A stretch of DNA of 64,000 nucleotides from Auanema rhodensis (Eukaryota; Animalia; Nematoda), in assembly GCA_964057225.1 (NCBI GenBank), contig OZ059894.1, positions 5,518,001 through 5,582,000 on the forward strand, given 5' to 3'. The notes beneath the pieces are model-generated. The model was given only the letters and a program-made list of their open reading frames with translations, did not search any database and was not told the DNA's origin. The translations under genes were made by a program, and so were the position numbers. This document shows, in pieces, positions 36,701-53,824 of the stretch (the stretch's first letter is position 1; every line of letters starts with the position of its first letter).

Positions 36701-39700
36701 ACTCAACATACACTTATGCATCATTTTTCAAACAATCATAACTGATTTTTGTATTCAGCATTTCTCCATGTCACATAGTGTATTCGATGCGGATTTTTAA
36801 GCTGCGTCGATCTGTGTTATCAGATTTGCGCTAACTTACAAATGCACCGAGATATCAACTGATATAGGTTCACACTTATATCTTCGATTTTCACCCTGAA
36901 GAATTAATTTTTACGTTGAATAACATTGTCCATCGTCTTCGCCTCGAAAAAAAAATCTAAAAACATCTACTTTTTGTGAAATTATCTGGAAATTTTTCGG
37001 GAAAATTTTTGTCAAAATGTTTTTGGAAGCAATTTTGAGTGTACATGGAAACTCAACATACACTAATGCATCATTTTTCAAACGATCATAACTAATTTTT
37101 GTATTGGACGTTTCCCAATGTATTATAGTGTATTCGATGCGGATTTTTAAGCTGCGTCGATCTGTGTTATCAGATTTGCGCTAACTTAAAAATGCACCGA
37201 GATATCAACTGATATAGGTTCACACTTATATCTTCGATTTTCACCCTGAAGAATTAATTTTTTCGTTGAATAACATTGTCCATCGTCTTCGCCTCGAAAA
37301 AAAAATCTAAAAACATCTACTTTTTGTGAAATTATCTGGAAATTTTTCGGGAAAATTTTTGTCAAAATGTTTTTGGAAGCAATTTTGAGTGTACATGGAA
37401 ACTCAACATACACTAATGCATCATTTTTCAAACGATCATAACTAATTTTTGTATTCAGCGTTTCTCAATGTCACATAGTGTATTCGATGCGGATTTTTAA
37501 GCTGCGTCGATCTGTGTTATCAGATTTGCGCTAACTTAAAAATGCACCGAGATATCAACTGATATAGGTTCACACTTATATCTTCGATTTTCACCCTGCA
37601 AAATTAATTTTTTCGTTGAATAACATTGTCCATCGTCTTTGCCTTGAAAAAAGGAATCTAAAAACATCTACTTTTTGTAAAATTATCTGGAAATTTTTCG
37701 GGAAAATTTTTGTCAAAATGTTTTTGGAAGCAATGTTGAGTGTAATGGAAACTCAACATACACTAATGCATCATTTTTCAAACGATCATACCTAATTTTT
37801 GTATTCAGCGTTTCTCAATAGAGTATAGTGCATTCGATGCGGATTTTTAAGCTGCGTCGATCTGTGTTATCAGATTTGCGCTAACTTAAAAATGCACCGA
37901 GATATCAACTGATATAGGTTCACACTTATATCTTCGATTTTCACCCTGAAGAATTAATTTTTTCGTTGAATAACATTGTCCATCGTCTTCGCCTCGAAAA
38001 AAATATCTAAAAACATCTACTTTTTGTGAAATTATTTTGAAATTTTTCGGGAAAATTTTTGTCAAAATGTTTTTGGAAGCAATGTTGAGTGTAATGGAAA
38101 CTCAACATACACTAATGCATTATTTTTCAAACGATCATAACTAATTTTTGTATTCAGTGTTTCTCAATGTCACATAGTGTATTCGATGCGGATTTTTAAG
38201 CTGCGTCGATCTGTGTTATCAGATTTGCGCTAGCTTAAAAATGCACCGAGATATCAACTGATATAGGTTCACACTTATATCTTCGATTTTCACCCTGAAG
38301 AATTAATTTTTTCGTTGAATAACATTGTCCATCGTCTTCGCTTTGAAAAAAAAATCTAAAAACATCTACTTTTTGTGAAATTATCTGGAAATTTTTCGAA
38401 AAAATTTTTGTCAAAAAGTTTTTGGAAGCAATTTTGAGTGTACATGGAAACTCAACATTCACTTATGCATCATTTTTCAAACGATCATAACTAATTTTTG
38501 TATTCAGCGTTTCTCAATGTAGTATAATGCATTCGATGCGGATTTTTAAGCTGCGTCGATCTGTGTTATCAGATTTGCGCTAGCTTAAAAATTCACCGAG
38601 ATATCAACTGATATAGGTTCACACTTATATCTTCGATTTTCAGCCTGAAGAATCAATTTTTTTCGTTGAATAACATTGTCCATCGTCTTCGCCTTGAAAA
38701 AAAAATCTAAAAACATCTACTTTTTGTGAAATTATCTGGAAATTTTTCGGGAAAATTTTTGTCAAAAAGTTTTTGGAAGCAATTTTGAGTGTACATGGAA
38801 ACTCAACATACACTTATGCATCATTTTTCAAACGATCATAACTAATTTTTGTATTCAGCGTTTCTCAATGTCACATAGTGTATTCGATGCGGATTTTTAA
38901 GCTGCGTCGATCTGTGTTATCAGATTTGCGCTAGCTTAAAAATTCACCGAGATATCAACTGATATAGGTTCACACTTATATCTTCGATTTTCACCTTGAA
39001 GAATTAATTTTTTCATTGAATAACATTGTCCATCGTCTTCGCCTTGAAAAAAAAATCTAAAAACATCTACTTTTTGTGAAATTATCTGGAAATTTTTCGG
39101 GAAAATTTTTGTCAAAAAGTTTTTGGAAGCAATTTTGAGTGTACATGGAAACTCAACATACACTTATGCATCATTTTTCAAACAATCATAACTAATTTTT
39201 GTATTCAGCGTTTCTCAATGTCACATAGTGTATTCGATGCGGATTTTTAAGCTGCGTCGATCTGTGTTATCAGATTTGCGCTAACTTAAAAATGCACCGA
39301 GATATCAACTGATATAGGTTCACACATATATCTTCGATTTTCACCCTGAAGAATTAATTTTTTCGTTGAATAACATTGTCCATCGTCTTCGCTTTAAAAA
39401 AAAATCTAAAAACATCTACTTTTTGTGAAATTATCTGGAAATTTTTCGGGAAAATTTTTGTCAAAAAGTTTTTGGAAGCAATTTTGAGTGTACATGGAAA
39501 CTCAACATACACTTATGCATCATTTTTCAAACGATCATAACTAATTTTTGTATTCAGCGTTTCTCAATGTCACATAGTGTATTCGATGCGGATTTTTAAG
39601 CTGCGTCGATCTGTGTTATCAGATTTGCGCTAACTTAAAAATGCACCGAGATATCAACTGATATAGGTTCACACTTATATCTTCGATTTTCACCCTGAAG

Positions 39701-42700
39701 AATTAATTTTTTCGTTGAATAACATTGTCCATCGTCTTCGCCTTGAAAAAAAAATCTAAAAACATCTACTTTTTGTGAAATTATCTGGAAATTTTTCGGG
39801 AAAATTTTTGTCAAAATGTTTTTGGAAGCAATTTTGAGTGTACATGGAAACTCAACATACACTAATGCATCATTTTTCAAACGATCATAACTAATTTTTG
39901 TATTCAGCGTTTCTCAATGTAGTATAATGCATTCGATGAGGATTTTTAAGCTGCGTCGATCTGTGTTATCAGATTTGCGCTAACTTAAAAATGCACCGAG
40001 ATATCAACTGATATAGGTTCACACTTATATCTTCGATTTTCACCCTGAAGAATTAATTTTTTCGTTGAATAACATTGTCCATCGTCTTTGCCTTGAAAAA
40101 AGGAATCTAAAAACATCTACTTTTTGTGAAATTATCTGGAAATTTTTCGGGAAAATTTTTGTCAAAAAGTTTTTGATAGCAATTTTGAGTGTACATGGAA
40201 ACTCAACATACACTAATGCATCATTTTTCAAACGATCATAACTAATTTTTGTATTCAGCGTTTCTCAATGTCACATAGTGTATTCGATGCGGATTTTTAA
40301 GCTGCGTCGATCTGTGTTATCAGATTTGCGCTAGCTTACAAATGCACCGAGATATCAACTGATATAGGTTCACACTTATATCTTCGATTTTCACCCTGAA
40401 GAATTAATTTTTTCGTTGAATAACATTGTCCATCGTCTTCGCCTCGAAAAAAAAATCTAAAAACATCTACTTTTTGTGAAATTATTTTGAAATTTTTCGG
40501 GAAAATTTTTGTCAAAATGTTTTTGGAAGCAATGTTGAGTGTAATGGAAACTCAACATACACTAATGCATCATTTTTCAAACGATCATAACTAATTTTTG
40601 TATTCAGCGTTTCTCAATGTAGTATAATGCATTCGATGAGGATTTTTAAGCTGCGTCGATCTGTGTTATCAGATTTGCGCTAACTTAAAAATGCACCGAG
40701 ATATCAACTGATATAAGTTCACACTTATATCTTCGATTTTCAGCCTGAAGAATCAATTTTTTTCGTTGAATAACATTGTCCATCGTCTTCGCCTTGAAAA
40801 AAAAATCTAAAAACATCTACTTTTTGTGAAATTATCTGGAAATTTTTCGGGAAAATTTTTGTCAAAAAGTTTTTGGAAGCAATTTTGAGTGTACATGGAA
40901 ACTCAACATACACTTATGCATCATTTTTCAAACGATCATAACTAATTTTTGTATTCAGCGTTTCTCAATGTCACATAGTGTATTCGATGCGGATTTTTAA
41001 GCTGCGTCGATCTGTGTTATCAGATTTGCGCTAGCTTAAAAATTCACCGAGATATCAACTGATATAGGTTCACACTTATATCTTCGATTTTCACCCTGAA
41101 GAATTAATTTTTTCATTGAATAACATTGTCCATCGTCTTCGCCTTGAAAAAAAAATCTAAAAACATCTACTTTTTGTGAAATTATCTGGAAATTTTTCGG
41201 GAAAATTTTTGTCAAAAAGTTTTTGGAAGCAATGTTGAGTGTAATGGAAACTCAACATACACTAATGCATCATTTTTCAAACAATCATAACTAATTTTTG
41301 TATTCAGCGTTTCTCAATAGAGTATAGTGCATTCGATGCGGATTTTTAAGCTGCGTCGATCTGTGTTATCAGATTTGCGCTAGCTTAAAAATGCACCGAG
41401 ATATCAACTGATATAGGTTCACACTTATATCTTCGATTTTCACCCTGAAGAATTAATTTTTTCGTTGAATAACATTGTCCATCGTCTTCGCCTTGAAAAA
41501 AAAATCTAAAAACATCTACTTTTTGTGAAATTATCTGGAAATTTTTCGGGAAAATTTTTGTCAAAATGTTTTTGGAAGCAATTTTGAGTGTACATGGAAA
41601 CTCAACATACACTAATGCATCATTTTTCAAACGATCATAACTAATTTTTGTATTCAGCGTTTCTCAATGTAGTATAATGCATTCGATGAGGATTTTTAAG
41701 CTGCGTCGATCTGTGTTATCAGATTTGCGCTAACTTAAAAATGCACCGAGATATCAACTGATATAGGTTCACACTTATATCTTCGATTTTCACCCTGAAG
41801 AATTAATTTTTTCGTTGAATAACATTGTCCATCGTCTTTGCCTTGAAAAAAGGAATCTAAAAACATCTACTTTTTGTGAAATTATCTGGAAATTTTTCGG
41901 GAAAATTTTTGTCAAAAAGTTTTTGATAGCAATTTTGAGTGTACATGGAAACTCAACATACACTTATGCATCATTTTTCAAACGATCATAACTAATTTTT
42001 GTATTCAGCGTTTCTCAATGTCACATAGTGTATTCGATGCGGATTTTTAAGCTGCGTCGATCTGTGTTATCAGATTTGCGCTAGCTTACAAATGCACCGA
42101 GATATCAACTGATATAGGTTCACACTTATATCTTCGATTTTCACCCTGAAGAATTAATTTTTTCGTTGAATAACATTGTCCATCGTCTTCGCCTCGAAAA
42201 AAAAATCTAAAAACATCTACTTTTTGTGAAATTATTTTGAAATTTTTCGGGAAAATTTTTGTCAAAATGTTTTTGGAAGCAATGTTGAGTGTAATGGAAA
42301 CTCAACATACACTAATGCATCATTTTTCAAACGATCATAACTAATTTTTGTATTCAGCGTTTCTCAATGTAGTATAATGCATTCGATGAGGATTTTTAAG
42401 CTGCGTCGATCTGTGTTATCAGATTTGCGCTAACTTAAAAATGCACCGAGATATCAACTGATATAAGTTCACACTTATATCTTCGATTTTCAGCCTGAAG
42501 AATCAATTTTTTTCGTTGAATAACATTGTCCATCGTCTTCGCCTTGAAAAAAAAATCTAAAAACATCTACTTTTTGTGAAATTATCTGGAAATTTTTCGG
42601 GAAAATTTTTGTCAAAAAGTTTTTGGAAGCAATTTTGAGTGTACATGGAAACTCAACATACACTTATGCATCATTTTTCAAACGATCATAACTAATTTTT

Positions 42701-43720
42701 GTATTCAGCGTTTCTCAATGTCACATAGTGTATTCGATGCGGATTTTTAAGCTGCGTCGATCTGTGTTATCAGATTTGCGCTAACTTAAAACTGCACCGA
42801 GATATCAACTGATATAGGTTCACACTTATATCTTCGATTTTCACCCTGAAGAATTAATTTTTTCGTTGAATAACATTGTCCATCGTCTTCGCCTCGAAAA
42901 AAAAATCTAAAAACATCTACTTTTTGTGAAATTATCTGGAAATTTTTCGGGAAAATTTTTGTCAAAAAGTTTTTGGAAGCAATTTCGAGTGTACATGGAA
43001 ACTCAACATACACTAATGCATCATTTTTCAAACGATCATAACTAATTTTTGTATTCAGCGTTTCTCATTGTAACATAGTGTATTCGATGCGGATTTTTAA
43101 GCTGCGTCGATCTGTGTTATCAGATTTGCGCTAACTTAAAAATGCACCGAGATATCAACTGATATAGGTTCACACTTATATCTTCGATTTTCACCCTGAA
43201 GAATTAATTTTTTCGTTGAATAACATTGTCCATCGTCTTCGCCTTGAAAAAAAAATCTAAAAACATCTACTTTTTGTGAAATTATCTGGAAATTATTTCG
43301 GAAAATTTTTGTCAAAAAGTTTTTGGAAGCAATTTTGAGTGTACATGGAAACTCAACATACACTAATGCATCATTTTTCAAACGATCATAACTAATTTTT
43401 GTATTCAGCGTTTCTCATTGTAACATAGTGCATTCGATGCGGATTTTTAAGCTGCGTCGATCTGTGTTATCAGATTTGCGCTAGCTTAAAAATGCACCGA
43501 GATATCAACTGATATATGTTCACATTTATATCTTCGATTTTCAGCCTGAAGAATTAATTTTTTCGTTGAATAACATTGTCCATCGTCTTCGCCTTGAAAA
43601 AAAAATCTAAAACCATCTACTTTTTGTGAAATTATTTTGAAATTTTTCGGGAAAATTTTTGTCAAAAAGTTTTTGGAAGCAATTTTGAGTGTACATGGAA
43701 ACTCAACATACACTAATACA
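12722..43720. repeat. 349/350-bp satellite array, about 89 monomers (31 kb)
   Basis: Continuous tandem monomers of 349 bp (gtgtaatgg type) or 350 bp (gtgtacatgg type). One 171-bp truncated unit at 24781-24951. More private mutations in the last three units. Confidence 0.99.
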
Positions 43721-44490
43721 CCTTGGTCCAGCAGACTGGTGATCCGGGTCATTCGTCGTTGAAAGGAGCCAAAGAAGCAGACAGCGGTACACAATGCCAA
43801 ACTCTGTAAATTTCAAAACTACAAAAACATTTCAATTTCAAATTATTACCAGAAATCAGGAGTATGAGAAGAGAGTAGTTCCTTGGTCCAGCAGACTGAT
43901 GATCCGGTCATTCGTCGTTGGATGAAGCCAAAGAAACAGACAGCGGCACACAATGCCAAACTCTGTAAATTTCAAGAATACAAATACATTTCAATTTCAA
44001 ATTATTACCAGAAATCAGGAGTATGAGAAGAGAGTAGTTCCTTGGTCCAGCGGACTGATGATCCGGGTCATTCGTAGTTGGATGGAGCCAAAGAAGCATA
44101 AAACGGTACACAATGCCAAACTCTGTAAATTTCAAGAATACAAATACATTTCAATTTCAAATTATTACCAGAAATCAGGAGTATGAGAAGAGAGTAGTTC
44201 CTTGGTCCAGCGGACTGATGATCCGGGTCATTCGTAGTTGGATGGAGCCAAAGAAGCAGACAGCGGCACACAATGCCAAACTCTGTAAATTTCAAGAATA
44301 CAAATACATTTCAATTTCAAATTATTACCAGAAATCAGGAGTATGAGAAGAGAGTAGTTCCTCAGTCCAGCAGACTGATGATCCGGGTCATTCGTCGTTG
44401 GATGAAGCCAAAGAAACAGACAGCGGCACACAATGCCAAACTCTGTAAATTTCAAGAATACAAATACATTATAATTTCAAATTATTACCA
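43721..44490. repeat. 160-bp tandem repeat, about 4.8 copies
   Basis: Units start at 43721, 43881, 44040, 44200 and 44360 (ccttggtccagc...). Directly abuts the 350-bp satellite. Confidence 0.97.
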
Positions 44491-44711
44491 AGTAATTAGC
44501 ATATTCACAAGACGAACATTGTGTGCTTGATTGTTTATTGAATATATAAGATTATCTGGATATCAGATTTTTTTTAAATATTACATAGATCATCTCCGTT
44601 TTCGAATTATCGGAGTTTCAAAATATGAAATTAAAATTTATAAACTCACGTACTCTTCATTATATCTGTAATACTAAAATGAATAATTGAAGCAAGAATT
44701 GAAACTTAGGT

Positions 44712-44733
44712 ATGCGGCTTGTTGAAGCCATAT
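44712..44733. other. Palindrome ATgcGGCTTgttgAAGCCatAT; candidate DNA-elimination / telomere-addition site
   Basis: Inverted GGCTT/AAGCC (44716-44720, 44725-44729) with symmetric AT. GGCTT is part of the nematode telomere repeat (TTAGGC)n. Lies at the repeat-to-gene boundary. Function is inferred. Confidence 0.35.
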
Positions 44734-45000
44734 TAATGCTACATGCGATCCAATCTTCCTTCTGGAGAAATTTTACATGAAAGTTATGGTTTCTGTTCAT
44801 CTTGTCGAGTTTGCTTTCTGAGAATAAGCTTATACAGATATGGTTCAAGTTAAGTAATAAATTACCTTGGTCATTCTTTTGTTTTACCGCAAGTACTTTA
44901 GAGCTAGCGAAGAGACTTTGCAGTCTGAAGAGCCTAGGAGCTGTCGACCTATGCGGACAGCGACAGTTAGACAAATGAGTGTCAACTGAAAAAAATTTGC

Positions 45001-45047
45001 TTATATACCCCTTGACGGGCAGACCACGTAAACCACGCTTACGTCAA
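45001..45047 (-). promoter_or_regulatory. TATA box plus upstream TTGACG...CGTCAA palindromic element
   Basis: Minus strand ggggTATATAAgc lies 31 nt from an Inr-like TCATTT. 45012-45047 has inverted TTGACG/CGTCAA ends and two ACCACG direct repeats. Confidence 0.5.
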
Positions 45048-46150
45048 ATTTCAAAAATTCTAAAAACAAAAACCGGCTGTACATGATTTGAAAATTATGG
45101 GAAATGGATTAAAATTTGTGTTTAACTAATGTTTTTATTTTAATTTTAAGGAATTATATTACATTTTTAATATTATTATATTATTTATACTGTTTTATAC
45201 TTTAAAATTATCAAATATTTTTATATAACAATAATTTTTAATTAAATATTTGATTTTTTTTATTCATTTCAAGTTGGTTATTACTAATAAACATTTAAAT
45301 TATTTGAAACATATAAATATTATGAGAATTAATTATAAGTTAATGTTTATGGAACATAGACCAAGGCAAATTTATTCTAATTTGACTTGAGTTCGACATT
45401 ATTCAAATTAACACAAGAAAATCGAATATTTTAAAAATAAATGCAAAAACATTATATAATATTATTATTTAATTATTTTGAGAAATAACAGAAAAAGAAC
45501 AAGCTTCAGATGTACATGTAAACTCAGCATTCACGTTGTTGTTCACCAAAAATATAAATCGCGGCGTTCTTTTTTATTAATTTCTAATAAAAAAATTTAT
45601 TTAAATTCATTTAAAAGTTATATTTTTTCAATACAGGGTAGAAAAATGTAGATGTATCTGAAATTCTAATTGGTTTAAAAAATAGAAAACTATTTTACAA
45701 CTCCCTCCAATAAACAGCGTCGGTTGGAGTATTTAAAAATATACCAATCGTTTCGTCTTGAGGAGACGAAGACGATAAATCGGATCTTTGAGCGAAAAAA
45801 AGTTTTTAATTTTATTTCCCGAGAAAAGATCACATGAAACGCTGTAAACTTGGACACAAGTCTAAAATGTGTTGAAAGATCATTAAAAAAATGTAAAAGA
45901 GGCGCGAAAACATGCATGTAACCCTTGGCGCCATTTTCTACCTTTTCCTTGCGTTGTGATATGTTTCTTCTAATTCCTTAGCGGGGTTGTTAGTTACTTA
46001 TTTTAGACTACAAGATTTTTTATGCTTACATCTTCTTGGGGTTACAAATAACATTTTTTCTAATTTATTCTGTCTTTTTCAGATTTTACTAATTTTCTAA
46101 GCTTATTATTAGTCTTGTTGAAAATTAGTCATACTTTTCAATATACATAG

Positions 46151-47457
<1,307 letters not shown>

Positions 47458-48445
47458 GTGAAATTGGTATCGCCTTCATAATTTACTATTCTTCTCGTGT
47501 ATATCTTATCATTACCATAATAAAGTAGTATAAAACAGATTTATTTTTTTCTTTTAAGAATAGAAAATAAGTTCATAACTCTATTAAAACATGTGAATAT
47601 TGAATACTATGGTAATTATAGTTTAGGCTGAGCCAAAACAATAATATTATATATTAACATGGATATATTAACTATATAGTTGTCTATATAATTTACTTTT
47701 ATTGGTGAAGTTCATTTCACAAATAGCTAAAAATGCCAAGAAAAAGTGTAATATGATCAATGGAAATGTTTATAATGTTCAATTTTTATTGTTGTCTTTG
47801 TATACAAATTTCTTTTTGTTTTTTGTTTGTGCTTCCGGATTTCTTAATGCCTGTGGATTTATGCGACGTACTCAAAGAAACATCATTCTCTACAGCGGCC
47901 TACAAATATTTTTTTAATACTAATATACATTTGAGTATTCCTGTAAAAATGAAAAGTTTGGTAAATCCTCACCTTTTTCTGTGTAGAGTCCAAAACTTCT
48001 TTGATTCCTTTGTACTGGTGCTCTGGTAGCTTCTTAATACATTTTTCAAAATGAACGTACTGGAAAAGTCTTCTATAGCATGACACTGTTGTTTGAATTC
48101 ATACATTACTCAAATCTATAAGCGCCTGTTTTCCGTGCACTCTAACCTGAGGCGTTCTATCCTTTGCGAAACAGAGGAGATGAGGAGCTATCTGTGAATA
48201 TCAAGGTTTTCTTTTAAGAATAGAAAATAAGTTCATAACTCTATTAAAACATGTGAATATTGAATACTATGGTAATTATAGTTTAGGCTGAGCCAAAACA
48301 ATAATATTATATATTAACATGGATATATTAACTATATAGTTGTCTATATAATTTACTTTTATTGGTGAAGTTCATTTCACAAATAGCTAAAAATGCCAAG
48401 AAAAAGTGTAATATGATCAATGGAAATGTTTATAATGTTCAATTT

Positions 48446-53614
<5,169 letters not shown>

Positions 53615-53810
53615 TCATTAAATCTTTAAGAAATCTATCACTTTTTTATTACCTCTTTTTGTCAGTATCTGAAGTGAATACAGTTATATAGAACAAACAC
53701 AAAACTAAATAAATTTTATTGAAATGAATTTTACAAAATTTCCAACTGTTTTGGAAGATGAATATTGGTACAAGTGAATATATCAAATGCTTAGGAGGCA
53801 ATGCAGCCTA

Positions 53811-53824
53811 GTTGCTATGGCAAC
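53811..53824. promoter_or_regulatory. X-box (RFX/DAF-19 site) upstream of che-12
   Basis: GTTGCTATGGCAAC fits the consensus GTHNYY-AT-RRNAAC, about 197 bp upstream of the che-12 ATG. Confidence 0.9.

Larger units (their letters stand above)
43721..44976 (-). ncRNA. Putative spliced long non-coding RNA transcribed toward the satellite
   Basis: TATATAA at 45007-45001; Inr-like TCATTT (+1 about 44976); canonical-looking introns 44865-44818, 44649-44556, 44488-44443 and one per 160-bp unit; AATAAA at 44539-44534. First ATG gives only 9 codons. Prediction only. Confidence 0.4.

Noticed and set aside
4457-43720. CRISPR-like array
   Set aside because: No unique spacers; whole units repeat; eukaryotic context.
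13946-43800. Dozens of 75-81 aa minus-strand ORFs in the satellite (MYVEFPCTLKI...)
   Set aside because: They start at GTG/TTG, exist only in the 350-bp variant, are broken by frequent indels and resemble no protein family. By-product of the repeat.
43885-43935. Hammerhead ribozyme in the 160-bp repeat (CTGATGA...GAA)
   Set aside because: CUGAUGA is present, but no consistent GAAA, stem III, UH and stem I can be built, and the motif varies between units (ctggtga, tggag).
47621-47636. TTAGGCTGAGCC (also at about 48283) and GGCGCC at about 45927 as elimination sites
   Set aside because: Weaker symmetry or position. A cut at 47.6 kb would remove an intact actin gene. Kept only as alternatives and as evidence that such motifs arise by chance.
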